A stretch of 64,000 nucleotides of DNA from NCBI GenBank assembly GCA_022813865.1, contig JALDZX010000055.1, positions 62,001 through 126,000 of the forward strand, read 5' to 3'. This DNA comes from Xylographa opegraphella. Taxonomy: Eukaryota. The notes under the pieces were generated by a model that did not search any database, was not told where the DNA came from, and saw nothing but the letters and a program-made list of their open reading frames with translations. Below, in pieces: positions 11,132-23,291 of this stretch. How positions within the stretch are numbered: the first letter of the stretch is position 1; every line of letters begins with the position of its first letter. Position numbers and translations under genes: made by a program.

Positions 11132-12738
11132 TCATTCGCATTCAACGCTAATCAATGTGTCAGCCGTGAAATCTCGGATTAGCAAAGGCAGCGAGTAACT
11201 CACATCACCGAACCCTGTCCGGGCTCACTTGCAACAATAGCTTCCGCCAGCTTCTCATCACCGATATCCGGAAATTTGACGCGGTAGTACTTCTCTTCCC
11301 AGGCTTTCCGTACCTCAGCTACCTTTCCCATCGACACCAGGTGCACTGTACAGCCACCCCATCCGGCCCCCGTCAACCGGCTTCCATAAGCCCCTGCTTC
11401 TCTTGCTATGGTGCACAGCGCGTCCAATTCGGGACAGCTACATTCGTAAACCTCACGGCAGGAGGTCTGTGTCTCGTTCATCAACGTTCCTAGACTCCTC
11501 AAGAGATCATCATGGCTGCCTTCTGGGGGTGGTGCTTTCAACAAGGCCTTGAATCGGGCGACTCGAATGGCTTCCTGGAAGACGTGTAGTGCTCGTTGGC
11601 GGAGCATGAAATATGAAGCTCGGACTGGGAATTTCGTCATGTAACGCTCCTGGAGCTCGGGAACTTTTATGCTTAGTGACTCGGCGATGGTTTCCCTCGT
11701 GTAGCCTTTCTCATCGCCGAGCGTTTCTTCAACCACTTCCACCATATGGGTTAGCTTTTCTTCTTCGCTCCAGCTGGAGCTCTCTGGCGTTGCAAGTTTG
11801 CTGGTATAATATGCATTTTGCAACCCGCGCAGGCTTTGGCTCAATGGGGACGAGTCACTTCCCAGATGGAGACGTAGACTTGCGGCGATGACCTCCGCGG
11901 CCAACGTGCATTCGACAACGCGGAGGTTGTAGCATTCCGGCGCAGTGACATGCTTGTCCGCGGCGACGAAACTCTGGGCGATCATGAATGTAATGGGGGG
12001 TTCTGTTTTGGGGAAAGCAATGGGCTCGGCGTAGAGTTCGGGGGAGAAAGAGACGCTAACCGCGTCTCCGCGTACCGAGAAGACCGAGGCTGTTTGGTCC
12101 ATGCCGCCAGAATTTACACCGACTGCTCGCTCAGACACGATGGCTAGCTCTACCAGCTCCTTTTTCGAAACTGGCATTGGCCGATGTGCATGTAAGACAG
12201 CTAGAGCGGAGGAGCAGACAAAGGCGGCAGAGCTTGAGAGACCACCTCCAGACGGTACGTTGCCGTCGACGAGCACGAACATGCTCCTCGGAGTGACAGA
12301 GGCATCTCCAGCTTTGAGGAGACCGAGAGCCCCCTTCACGCCAGCTTTGAAGTAATTGGTCCATTCGTGGGTTGAAGCATCTATGTCAAGCTCCCCGTCT
12401 TCTGGGATCAAAAATTCGTTGGGTTTGAATTTTTGGCTATTGACGTTCGATATCGACACCTTGGCTTCTGGGGCTGCGGAAGTGGCGATTGCAATGATGA
12501 CATCCGCCTCGATGGCCATGGGGAGCACTTCGTAAAGGGAGTAGTCGATATGCTCGCCGATGATGTTGACTCTGCCCGGGCTCCGGGCGACAAAGTCCGG
12601 CTCTTGTCCGTACAGGCTGGAGAAGCGGCTGCGCAATGCGTCCCATCGCTTCTGTTGGTTTGGCAGAGATGCGGCTTCATACACGAAGTCGAGTGATTTG
12701 ATTATCGGTACCGACTCGTGCATCGACTGGGGAGCCAT
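11132..12738 (-). CDS. GAL1: Galactokinase (GHMP kinase); probable short terminal exon after an intron near 11148-11203
   Basis: RSPGRVNIIGEHIDYS, VPSGGGLSSSAA, SGGMDQ and GSRLTGAGWGGC motifs. A GTGAGT donor overlaps the ORF stop, and a terminal exon gives ...GSVIVECE*. Confidence 0.95.
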
Positions 12739-13245
12739 GGTGAATACACTGGTCTGCCTTTGCTTCGATCAGATATAATGAATGCAGGGTAGCATGTGCA
12801 GAGCAAGTATGACTTGCAGTAGGAGTGGCGAGTTCTCGTTACACAAGGTATCAGTGACCAAACAGATATATGAGTATTAAATTCGGTATATCAGACAATT
12901 GAAGCTTAAAGCATCATGCAGTACTATTATCAAAATATATAGAGTGACAGCAAGTGTTCCTTCCCGGCAATGCCTCCTATTGGGTGTGTTCGCGACAGGA
13001 TGAACAAACGCATTATTGCCGACGTTAGGGTTCGGCACAGCCAGACGAGAAAGAAAAGAAAAAGCCAAGGCTTGCCTCCCCCGCAAAATAATGCAGCTGC
13101 GATGAGCCGATGTCGGCAAATCGGGGCTAGTGCCGCCTAGAACTGTGTCGATATCTTACTTGCGTTTGTTCTTTTCGCCTTTGACTCATTGCATATAGCC
13201 AATCTTCAATTACCGTTGCTTGACCGTGCAACTGATCGAGGAACA

Positions 13246-15570
13246 ATGATGCTCAGACCTCAATCGGCGCGAAGCACTCTTCGTGCGGTGAAGCGCCACC
13301 CTCCAATATGTGCATCATCTCAGCACTTCTCTTCGACGCCGTCCGCGGCCGCCCTCTCACCGCACCGAAATCCATCTCAATCTTCTTCTCCTTCCTCGAA
13401 GCCAGCGAAAGATGTCACGAAACGAGGCCAGAGTACCACAGCTGCTGCGACCGCCACGTAATTCTTCACATGTACCTGAAGGGGAGAGGGGCTAACTGGT
13501 GTGTGCCAGTCAAACTAGAGCGGTACCGAGTCCTGCCTTCAACCAGGAGTCACGGCGGAATGAAGTACACCCCCTTCAAAATGTCTATCGGCCAGAGATG
13601 GATGATTCGTACGTCACCGTCTTGCTCTATACGGCCTTTGCTGATCCCAACACTTGTAGTTTCGTGGGGCTCACCGGAGGAGAGATCTTCCATGAGATGA
13701 TGCTTCGACAAGGCGTCAAGCATATTTGTTCGTGACATACTTACTTCATGTAGCTTACTGAATTGTTAACGTCGATCTAGTCGGCTACCCTGGTGGTGCC
13801 ATTCTTCCCGTCTTCGATGCCATCTACAATTCCAAGCACTTCGAATTCATTCTTCCCAGACACGAACAAGGTGCAGGACATATGGCGCAGGGCTACGCAA
13901 GAGCCTCAGGTAAGCCTGGTGTTGTGCTTGTCACATCTGGCCCCGGGGCAACGAACGTCATCACGCCGATGCAGGATGCCTTTTCTGATGGTACACCTCT
14001 TGTTGTTTTTTCTGGTCAGGTCCCCACCAGCGCAATCGGGACGGACGCTTTCCAGGAAGCAGATATTCTTGGTATTTCGAGAGCGTGCACGAAGTGGAAT
14101 GTTATGGTTAAGAACGTGGCGGAGTTGCCCAAACGCATCAAGGAGGCTTTCGAGATTGCCACGAGTGGAAGGCCTGGACCGGTCCTCGTCGACCTTCCGA
14201 AAGATGTCACGGCTGGCATTCTTCGACACGCTATCCCAATGGCCAGCACATTACCGTCACATCCAAGTGCGGCTACCTTGGCTGCACGCACCCACAGCAA
14301 GCGGCAATTGGACGGTGCCATCAAACGTGTTGCCGACTTGATCAACATAGCCAAGAAACCAATCCTTTATGCAGGTCAGGGGCTCCTCGCACTACCAGAG
14401 GGTCCTGTGCTTCTAAAGGAGCTGGCAGATAAGGCTTCCATACCCGTGACTACCACGTTACAGGGTCTTGGTGGATTTGATGAACTGGACGAGAAATCAT
14501 TACATATGCTTGGAATGCACGGCTCTGCATATGCTAATATGGCTATGCAAGAAGCAGACCTAATTATCGCTCTTGGAGCACGCTTTGATGACCGTGTTAC
14601 TCTCAACATAGCAAAGTTTGCTCCCCAAGCCAAGGCAGCTGCAGCTGAAAAACGAGGAGGTATTGTCCATTTCGAGATACAGCCAAAGAACATCAACAAA
14701 GTCGTGCAAGCTACCGAAGCCGTAGAAGGTGATGTCGCTGCCAGTTTGGCACTACTCCTCCCACTCATCAAGGAGAAAGCCGAACGACCTGAATGGTTCA
14801 GCCAAATTAACGATTGGAAGTCTCGGTTCCCATTTAATTATGAGAAAGAAACTCCAGACGGACTCATCAAACCGCAGACGGTGATAGAGAAGTTAAGTAA
14901 GATGACCGAAAACATGAAGGAAAAGACAATCATCACTACAGGCGTCGGACAACATCAAATGTGGACTGCTCAACATTTTAGATGGCGATATCCACGGACA
15001 ATGATTACTTCTGGTGGTCTCGGTACCATGGGTTTTGGCTTACCATCCGCCATTGGCGCCAAGGTCGCACAGCCAAACTCTCTTGTGATTGATATTGATG
15101 GTGACGCTTCGTTTAACATGACCTTGACGGAGCTCTCGACTGCTGCTCAGTTCAACATCGGAGTGAAGATCATCATTTTGAACAATGAAGAGCAGGGTAT
15201 GGTGACACAGTGGCAAGCACTATTCTACGAAGACCGATACGCCCACACTCACCAGAAGAATCCCGACTTCGTCAAGCTGGCGGAGGCTATGGGAGTGCAA
15301 GCGGATCGCTGTATTGCTCCTGGTGACGTCGACAGTAAGTTGGAGTGGCTGATCAATAGCGACGGCCCAGCTTTACTTGAGGTTGTCACCGACAAGAAAG
15401 TACCAGTGTTGCCCATGGTGCCATCCGGAAAGGGCTTACACGAGTTTCTTGTATATGACGAAGGTAAGCACAACACCTTTTCATCCGAAGCGACTCATCA
15501 CTGATATGTCATAGCGAAAGAGAAAGAGCGAAAGATCCAGCGAAACAAGCGGACTGGTGGATTGCATTGA
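13246..15570 (+). CDS. ILV2: Acetolactate synthase catalytic subunit, mitochondrial; 5 exons
   Basis: Mitochondrial presequence, GYPGGAILP, RHEQGAGHMAQGYAR, TSGPGATN, TGVGQHQMW and the TPP-binding DGDASFNM..NN motif. Introns at about 13458-13509, 13609-13659, 13728-13780 and 15464-15514. Confidence 0.97.
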
Positions 15571-15915
15571 GAGCTTTCTGATAATTGCATATGACATGGC
15601 ATGGCGTTATGATTCGGGAAGGGCGCACATTGACATTTTGGAGTGGAATACTCCCAGGGCATGCGCCTGATCACATGGCAAAAAGTTGGGTGCATATCCA
15701 GACTTGAAATTCCTTCAATGTAATATACTTGAAATTCAACGACAGAGTACTTTCTCGTGCACCCAATCTAAGAGGACCAGATTTTATAGAGTATAAAGCT
15801 TTGAGATGACCTTGGAAGTGAAGTGGTCGTACATGTATTTGTATAACATTCCAATCTCCAATACCAAGCCCTAAGCACCAAGTCTGAGATTCTTCATATC
15901 CCACTCCCCAGACCA

Positions 15916-16567
15916 TCATCGTCTCCATTCATGATCCCAGCCGTCCCTCGGCGGTGTATCCGTCTGCGCTCTCGTATATTCAATCGGCACACCACCTTCC
16001 CGGCCCTTCTCCGCCTTCAAGCCACCATAGATCCCCTTCTTCACCATCGCCTGCCGATACAGTCTCCCTCCATCGCCGCACCCAAGCCGCAGCTCCTCGC
16101 ACGCGTTCCGCATACTGAAGTACTGGCGCTCGAGCTCCAGGTTCTCCGCAGCCCGCAGCTTGAAATTGTACAGCTGCCACGCTCGGTGGATGGTCCAGTG
16201 GCGAAGTGATCGCAGTCGCGAAAGGCGCAGCGGCCGCGGGGTGATGGGGTGTTGCAGAAAGTACCGGATTAGAGCTATGAGGAGTTGAAAGTTAGCGGGA
16301 TTTTCTCGCGCGGTGGGTGTGGAAGGGTGGAGGTGTAGATTCTGGCCGGCCATTGAGAGTGGGGGATGAGTACGTACTGATTCTTTGGTCAATCTTGGGT
16401 TGGTTCTTGCCACGAGCGAGAGTACGCGATGTTGAGGAGAAAGAGGATGATTGTTGCCAGAGCGAGTTGAGTCGGGGGCCCGAGCCCACGATTCGGGCGG
16501 TGGCAATTGATTTTAGGGGGATTTGGAATACATGGGCTAGAGAGGTGAAGATGGAGGAGTGTGACAT
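15916..16567 (-). CDS. MRPL28: Mitochondrial large ribosomal subunit protein mL40 (MRP-L28 family), 2 exons
   Basis: Presequence, then DQRI / LIRYFLQHPITPRPLRLSRLRSLRHWTIHRAWQLY..ELERQYFSMRNACEEL..PIEYTRAQTDTPP. Confidence 0.82.
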
Positions 16568-17416
16568 TCTGGTATGCGTGGTACCTGTAACGGAAAATAT
16601 TTCTTGAAATGGAGACCTTCACGACGAGGGAAGTCCCAATTGCATGTCTGATATATGTTATTCCGTCCCGAACCCTCATATTGTGTTTTCAGTCCGCCAT
16701 CTTCGTCGACCCAAAGCATGGTCTATCTCCTATACTTAATAACTCTGTCATTAGCTATAGAACATGAGATAGACTATGGATCCGCGCTTACTTGTGTATG
16801 AATGATTGTGATATGAACTTCTCGCTTGAGAACTGCATACCGTGCACTCTTTGGTTTACAACCCTCCCTACACTGCATATTCATCCTTCAGGACATTACC
16901 CAATCATGAATAATGTCAGATTGCATTGAAGTTCGATCATCTAAGGCAGTGATATAGCACTCGCAATCGACGCCATCCATGAGCTTTCAAGCACAGCCGT
17001 GTTGCGTGGCTTTACGGACTACCTGTGCACTTTGCCGCTTGAAGCGTGCGATACAAATTCTATTCACGAATTTGGGACTCGGAGCTTTGCTTCTAGAATC
17101 ATTGTACTACTTCCCCATATTTCCGTCAAGTGCACCTCATAGAAGCGAAACTGTAGTTGAAACACTGGGTTTCGGGTTCTTCTGCCGATAACTAAGCGCA
17201 GCTTTCGCGTCGTTCAGCATAGCCCCATGGACACCATTGTACGATGGCGCATGGTTCATGTCGTAGATTTACCAATGCTCTGGAACTTGGTGGGACTGCT
17301 CAAGGGTTGAACGTTGTCATGTTGTTCTCTTTTGTTTTGCTTGATCTTGCCTGTGCACATGCTGTTCTTTGCAAACTTCGTATCAGGATTTTCACATATC
17401 GTCGTTGTTGGTATTC

Positions 17417-18679
17417 ATGGTTTGCATACATTATCGACCCTGTTTAGGGTTCGTTATTTCAGTCCTTTCACTGTTCGCTGGAATATCTACCGCATCTAAT
17501 GATGGTTATATCCTTCCTTCATCGGGCAATGCTTCCACAACGCAATTCTTCCTTGGGCCCGAATTAGCCTCAGGTACCTCATGCGGCGTCAATGCCTGGG
17601 CCAGTAGGGCGAGCTATGAAAGTCCACCAGCTGGCGGCGGTCCCGGGTTTCTATATGCAGCAATGAACCAGTTAGCGTTCGGTGCAAACCCATCGGGTAC
17701 GTGACGATGCCATGATGAATCTGGAAAACTCCCATACTGATAGAAGGGGGATGCAATAGCTCCGAACGGCGGTGGACCGGGTGGAGCCTGTGGTGTTTGT
17801 TACCAGCTTACACCAATCTCCGCCACAGGCGTCTCCCTGGACAAGCAAGCCCTGACATTTATGATTATCGACGAATGCCCCGCTGGAAACGCCAGTAGCC
17901 GGACTGCACACTGTGGAATGTGTGGCGCTGGTGAAGTGAATGATTACGGACAAGAATGGCATTTTGATCTTGCCGTCGATGCCATGAACAAGGAACAGTA
18001 CACATCGTTTTTCAGTAACGTCACGGACGGCTCGTAAGTTCGCCATCCGTCATTTCCCCCGCTGTCTTCTCCTAGGGCAGGGAAAGATAGGTAAGCCTTG
18101 GCCTAGAGTACATAGCTAATCTTCCGCCCCTCCAGGAATTGGAAAGCTGTTTCCTTCACCAAAACGTGCTGCACCGATTCAAATCCCGAACCCCCTCTTG
18201 CTGACTGGGGCTGCTTGCAAAACTGCACCAACAACGATCGCGCTCCAGTGTGCAGCAATCCCTTACCTTTCGGATCCAATAGTACCTCGGTCACGTCAAC
18301 TTGTGGCCTCATGACCTCCACAGCCACCTCTGGAAGCCTGACAATGCTCAACGCGTCGGCGACTGTGAGCGCTCTGAGCGACCGCAGCAGCATGCTTAGC
18401 GCCAACGGCAATCATACCTGTGGCTGCACACTCAACAGAACTGCAAGCGCCAGTCTAAATCCTGCTTCGTCAGCGACCAGCACATCGTCTGCAACCAGTG
18501 GGGATATTATAAGCGGTCAGACTTCGGTCAGATATCCACCCATCTATACAGCGTCCCCGACTGCGAAGCCCACTTCTCAGCCTACTTCCGCAGCTGTTGT
18601 GTTTAGCGGAGAAGGCAGACTCCCTGTTTCGATCATTTTGAGTGGGATCATTGGCTTTGGAATGGTGTATATAATATGA
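17417..18679 (+). CDS. Secreted GH45 (subfamily C-like)/expansin-like double-psi beta-barrel protein with Ser/Thr stalk and probable GPI signal; introns 17697-17759 and 18034-18135
   Basis: Hydrophobic N-terminus, YAAMNQLAFG, GPGGACGVCYQLT, IIDECP and HFDLA motifs, a Cys-rich linker, an S/T-rich tail and a hydrophobic C-terminus. Confidence 0.78.
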
Positions 18680-18942
18680 AGTCAGATGCTGGGGTCTAGA
18701 CAAGTACATAGCACTTCTATCGAACAGTTACACGAATAGTTCACGTTGGCTTGTGGATTTGATGCAGCGGCTTACAGACGTCTCTAGTTTGCAAATTGTC
18801 TACCCAGAGCCCTTATCAAATGTCGCGTCAGGTCGCAGAGAAACATGAAGAAGAGAGAATGCTGAAGGAACCCTAGACCGAACGTGCCACGCAATGCCAA
18901 TACCCGCTCAATCATTAATGTGACAAATAATAGCCAAACCTG

Positions 18943-20397
18943 TCACCGAGAGGCCGCTTTCCCCTTGCTCCGATCGTAGTCCACCACTCTCCGTTTCCGA
19001 TGGTCTTGCGCGATCCTGTACCGGGAGTAAAGCAGAAGGGTGTCCTTCATGACTACAAACAAGCAACCGCCGATGATGCTGCGGCCCCATCTCGTCTGCA
19101 ACAAGCCCGGCCGGTGTCGAACCCCGGAGGGCACGGTCCACGATCTGGGCAGGCCGACCTCTATCAGTTTACCCATTACCGAAGCAATCACCGGGAAGCA
19201 TAGAGCACCGACGACGGCGTCTGCCACTCGGTTCGTAGATATCAGAAGGTTGGGTGCTTGCGGTGCTGGTCTTTGATTCTGGCCCTGGTCCGCATTCACC
19301 TCGCCACCTTCCTGCGCCGCTCCCTGACCGGGCTGCTGGGGTTGCGGCTCTTCTTCCTCGAAGATCTGTAATTCGAGGTCCAGTTGGAAAGCAATGTTCG
19401 CGTCATCGTGATCGCCGTCGTTGTCTCTCCCTGGTCCGTCGTTCTGGACGCCATCGTTGGTTTCACCAGCACGCGGCTGGACCTCTTTTAACCATCTCTG
19501 TTCTCTCGCTGCAAATACTCTCTTGTAAAATTCGTTGTAGGCACCTCGAACATAGGGTAAGGTGGCTATTGTCATTGCCGCACTGGGCGGCCAGAGCTCC
19601 ATAGGCCCCGCATGACCATCAGGTAGCTGAGTTGCGAAAAAGAGGATCGGTAGCACAGGGAGGATGTTGTCCGCGATCGAAGTTCTTGACAAAACAAGAA
19701 CCACAGGCACTAGAGGGAGTCCTATTCCCCATTTCGCAGAAATACCTTCACCGGAATCCACACCCATGAGATACTTGAAATCATCCCGGCCGAAGATCAA
19801 GTAGACCGAGGAGAGGCCATGTATCCAGCATCCTGTGAAGAGACTGCCCGCCAAGGTAGCAAAAATTCCAGGCAACACCAGCTTTCCCGCAACCCGCTCT
19901 GCGGCGTTGACACCTTCAACGACGTAGGATCGTGGCCGAGCTATGGTAAGGTCTTTCTTACACTGCGGACATTGTATTTTTGTCGGTGCTCCTAATCGTT
20001 TCCGTGACGTGGGCGCTTCAAGATCCGCCACCCAGTCCAACAAACAGCTCTCATGCGCTACCAAGGCGCATGGACAGGGAGACCGCCAGGCCGACGACTC
20101 GGGTGTATCCTCGGTCTCGTCCGCGAAACATATCCAGCACTTCCTGGGCTCGTCCTCGGGCGGTAGTTGTTGACCTTGAGAAGACCGTGGGGCTGCCGTT
20201 TCAGCTAAGCCGGAGGTGGAGGACGTTATGTCCAGTATTACGGTCTGAGAATCTTCCGAGTGCTCAGATGTTGGGGAGCTTTGTGGTTCCGCATTAAGAT
20301 GCGCGTAGTCGTCAGAAGTGGAAGTGGACGAGTCTTGGCGATGGGAAGAGGCTCGTCGTGGTTGCGTTGCAGCTTGTTGAGGAGGTACAGAGGCCAT
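18943..20397 (-). CDS. RING-CH (MARCH5/MITOL-like) membrane E3 ubiquitin ligase
   Basis: CWICF..WRSPCPCALVAHESCLLDWV..CPQC (C4HC3 RING-variant) followed by several transmembrane segments. Confidence 0.88.
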   Translation of the reverse strand: MASVPPQQAATQPRRASSHRQDSSTSTSDDYAHLNAEPQSSPTSEHSEDSQTVILDITSSTSGLAETAAPRSSQGQQLPPEDEPRKCWICFADETEDTPESSAWRSPCPCALVAHESCLLDWVADLEAPTSRKRLGAPTKIQCPQCKKDLTIARPRSYVVEGVNAAERVAGKLVLPGIFATLAGSLFTGCWIHGLSSVYLIFGRDDFKYLMGVDSGEGISAKWGIGLPLVPVVLVLSRTSIADNILPVLPILFFATQLPDGHAGPMELWPPSAAMTIATLPYVRGAYNEFYKRVFAAREQRWLKEVQPRAGETNDGVQNDGPGRDNDGDHDDANIAFQLDLELQIFEEEEPQPQQPGQGAAQEGGEVNADQGQNQRPAPQAPNLLISTNRVADAVVGALCFPVIASVMGKLIEVGLPRSWTVPSGVRHRPGLLQTRWGRSIIGGCLFVVMKDTLLLYSRYRIAQDHRKRRVVDYDRSKGKAASR

Positions 20398-20868
20398 GGA
20401 GATAGGTCTCTTCCTTCCGCGCGTAGTTTCGAGTAAGTACCTTATGCAAGTGGGTGGGATTAGGATCCGAATCAGAGCTGCTATTGCCAGGTGATCGCTG
20501 ATCGCAGGGCAGAAGTGATCAAAAGCATCTCGGTGACGCTAAACCCAATGCGTGCGAGTATTTACAGCACGATGCCACAAAGATCCTCCCCACATTTCGA
20601 GTACCACTTAAGGTTTTAAACTAGTATACGATGTCTACGGATCTTGAGGAAGTTTATATCTTCCGATGGAGACCAATGAGAAGCACGTTGGCTGGGTCCT
20701 CCAGGAAACAGCTTCGTTGGAAGGGAACTGATTATGTTTGAATTCATGTTCATGTTTCGGTACCTTCAATATTTGTACATAACACAATTCCCAACTTTTC
20801 CAGATCTTTTGACTTGTTTCTTTCTCGTTTCCGATGAATGACCAAATTAGATCAACTTTCTTCTTATC

Positions 20869-23180
20869 ATGGCAGATTCGCCACCAACTCGCAGATCTGC
20901 GAGGAGCAGAGTACCCAATAAAAAGTACAGCGCCGATACTTTTGAGACACTAGACATACTCGAATTGGACTCCGATGTGCCAGCTGAGCCGATACCCGAA
21001 TTCGATGATCCCGATGTGGATGAGGATTTCGAATCTGACAGAGTAGCGGAGGAACATGAAGATGAGGATAGCGTTGTTACCTCCAACGAAGGATCCGATG
21101 ATACAGATATTGATACACCGGTGGAGGTGTTTGAGGATGCGCTCTCCTATGCCAGTGAACCCGACATGCTGGAAAACGGAGAAGATTTGAAGCGTCGCGG
21201 AAGTACTTTTGAGAAATCAAAAAAGGTTAGAGTAGTAAAGATACCGGAAGGAAATTGGCATTCCCGTGGCATTAATTGGAATGGAAAAACAAAAGATTCG
21301 CTCATGAAGTATCTTGTCGGAACCAACCCGCAAGATATGGCCGATTTCGTACAAGCAAGAGACAAATGGGTTCAGCTTGCTACACTTCCAACTCGTGTAG
21401 CTGATAAGCAGGGATCTGGTGGAATGGCCTTCCCTTTTGTCTCTTCGGACTCAAGCCCCTTCACCCAAGCTTCCGCTGACTGGGACTGGTATTACAAGCA
21501 AGGTGGAAAACGAAAGCTGGAGGAACGACAACGAGCATGTTCATTGAGGCTGAACAATACTTCCAAATATATTTCTTGGTCTCAGAGAAAGCACGATTTC
21601 TTGATGGGTTCTTATGGGAACCAGAGGGTACATAGCCTGGCTTCTCTAGAAACACTTTCCGTCAATGAGGCTTGGAACTCCACATCAATGTTGGGTCCCC
21701 ATAGCAAGCAGCAAAATCGCACTTCAAAGGAGCGCAATGGCTGGATGCTGAACGCAGGAGCAAAGATTTCCTGTTTGGACTGGGCTCCAAATCATCCAGG
21801 CCGCACACAGTATTTGGCAATATCCACCGGTCCGAGCCCACCACCAGGTACCAAGCAACACACGCCTTTTGAGCCTTCAGAACTGTACTCGGCATCGTCT
21901 CATTTATGGGCTTTCCAAGCTGCAACTACGTCTGGAAGCGAAGGCTTGATGGACACGACTCAAGCACCCGAGTTGGTTCAATTTATCTGTACTGACTGGG
22001 GTGCTCTCAGGCAGTTCCGCTGGTGTCCGTCGCCCATGGAAGCCCGGCGATCTGACTCCGGCAACACTCATGTTGGACTTTTGGCCGGTGTGTGGAGTGA
22101 TGGCTATGTGCGCGTGCTTGATATACACCTGGAAACTGCCCCTTCATCTCCTTCCATCTATGGTAAGCAGCTGTTTCGCATTCGTGAGCCATTATTCGAA
22201 TTAATCAAGGCCCAATAGTGAAATATCAAGGGGCTGCCTTTGAATCGAGGCCCCCGGACACCGTCTGCACATGTTTAACATGGCTGTCCGCCACTGAACT
22301 TGCCGTGGGCTGCGCAAATGGCTTTGTTGCTATCTGGGATATTGCTGAGTCGATACTGTCGATGCCTACCACTAACATGGATGCACCAGTGTCGCAGGTG
22401 CCACGCACGCCTTCTTCGTCGAACTCACCGCCTCGCCCATGGTTTTACCATTACCTACACCACTCCTACGTTCTCTCCTTAGCTTCCACATACCCCTCAC
22501 ACCGTCATTTCCTCGTCTCCGCCTCGATTGACGGCTATCTTCGCCTCACCGACGTCCGCAATCCAGTAGTCGATTCCGTCCTCTCTCCACGTTCCCGCAT
22601 GCTCAACTCCGCCGTAGATTTCCACCCCTACACCCAAAGCTTCCTGCACTCCGAGGATAACGACTACCTCCGCGCACTGCCCCTGCGCAGATTCTTCACG
22701 GTAATCATGTTCGGGAAAGTGGAGGGCACAGTGCTGAGCATGGCCGTGGGGAAGGTGCATCCGTGTGTGCTGGTTGCGAGCGCGGACGGCACGGTCCTCA
22801 CGACGAACCCGATGCGCAAGGTCATGGGTTTCAAGCAAGCGCAGTATCAGCAGATTTGGTTTCGCCATGAATGGGTTCCGAAACCGCAGCCCTTGCCAAG
22901 CGAGAGTGACGGAGGGACGCAAGGGGTACCTGCCACGAATCAGGACCGACAATTTGTACGCGAGGGGATGAGCAGGATTACCGAGGGCTACAAGGTTGAG
23001 GCTGTAGAACTGCAAAGGTCTAACAAAGCGAGGTCCAAAAGTGGAACTGTCCTGGCGACTATATACGAAGAAGAGTCTGGCGTAACCCAAGTAGCGTGGA
23101 ATCCTAATCTGCATTGTGGGGGGTGGGCCGCCGCAGGAATGGGTTGTGGACTGTTGAGGATTGAGGATTTAGCTATCTAA
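20869..23180 (+). CDS. TFC6: TFIIIC WD40 subunit (Tfc6/tau91-like); intron 22163-22218
   Basis: Acidic N-terminus, GWMLNAGAKISCLDWAPN..QYLAI, LAGVWSDG, LAVGCANGFVAIWD, and C-terminal VAWNPNLHCGGWAAAGMGCGLLRIEDL. Confidence 0.8.
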
Positions 23181-23291
23181 GGGAATGGCCGCAGTGGCTA
23201 GTCGTGATGTACAATAATGAAACAAAAAACACTTGTGATATACAGGCCAGAGCTTATTCTTACTCCATGAGTGACCAAGATTCATCTCCTT

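Noticed and set aside
11132..12738. Yeast-type GAL1-GAL7-GAL10 cluster
   Set aside because: The neighbours are MCM10 and ILV2; no other Leloir pathway genes are in the window.
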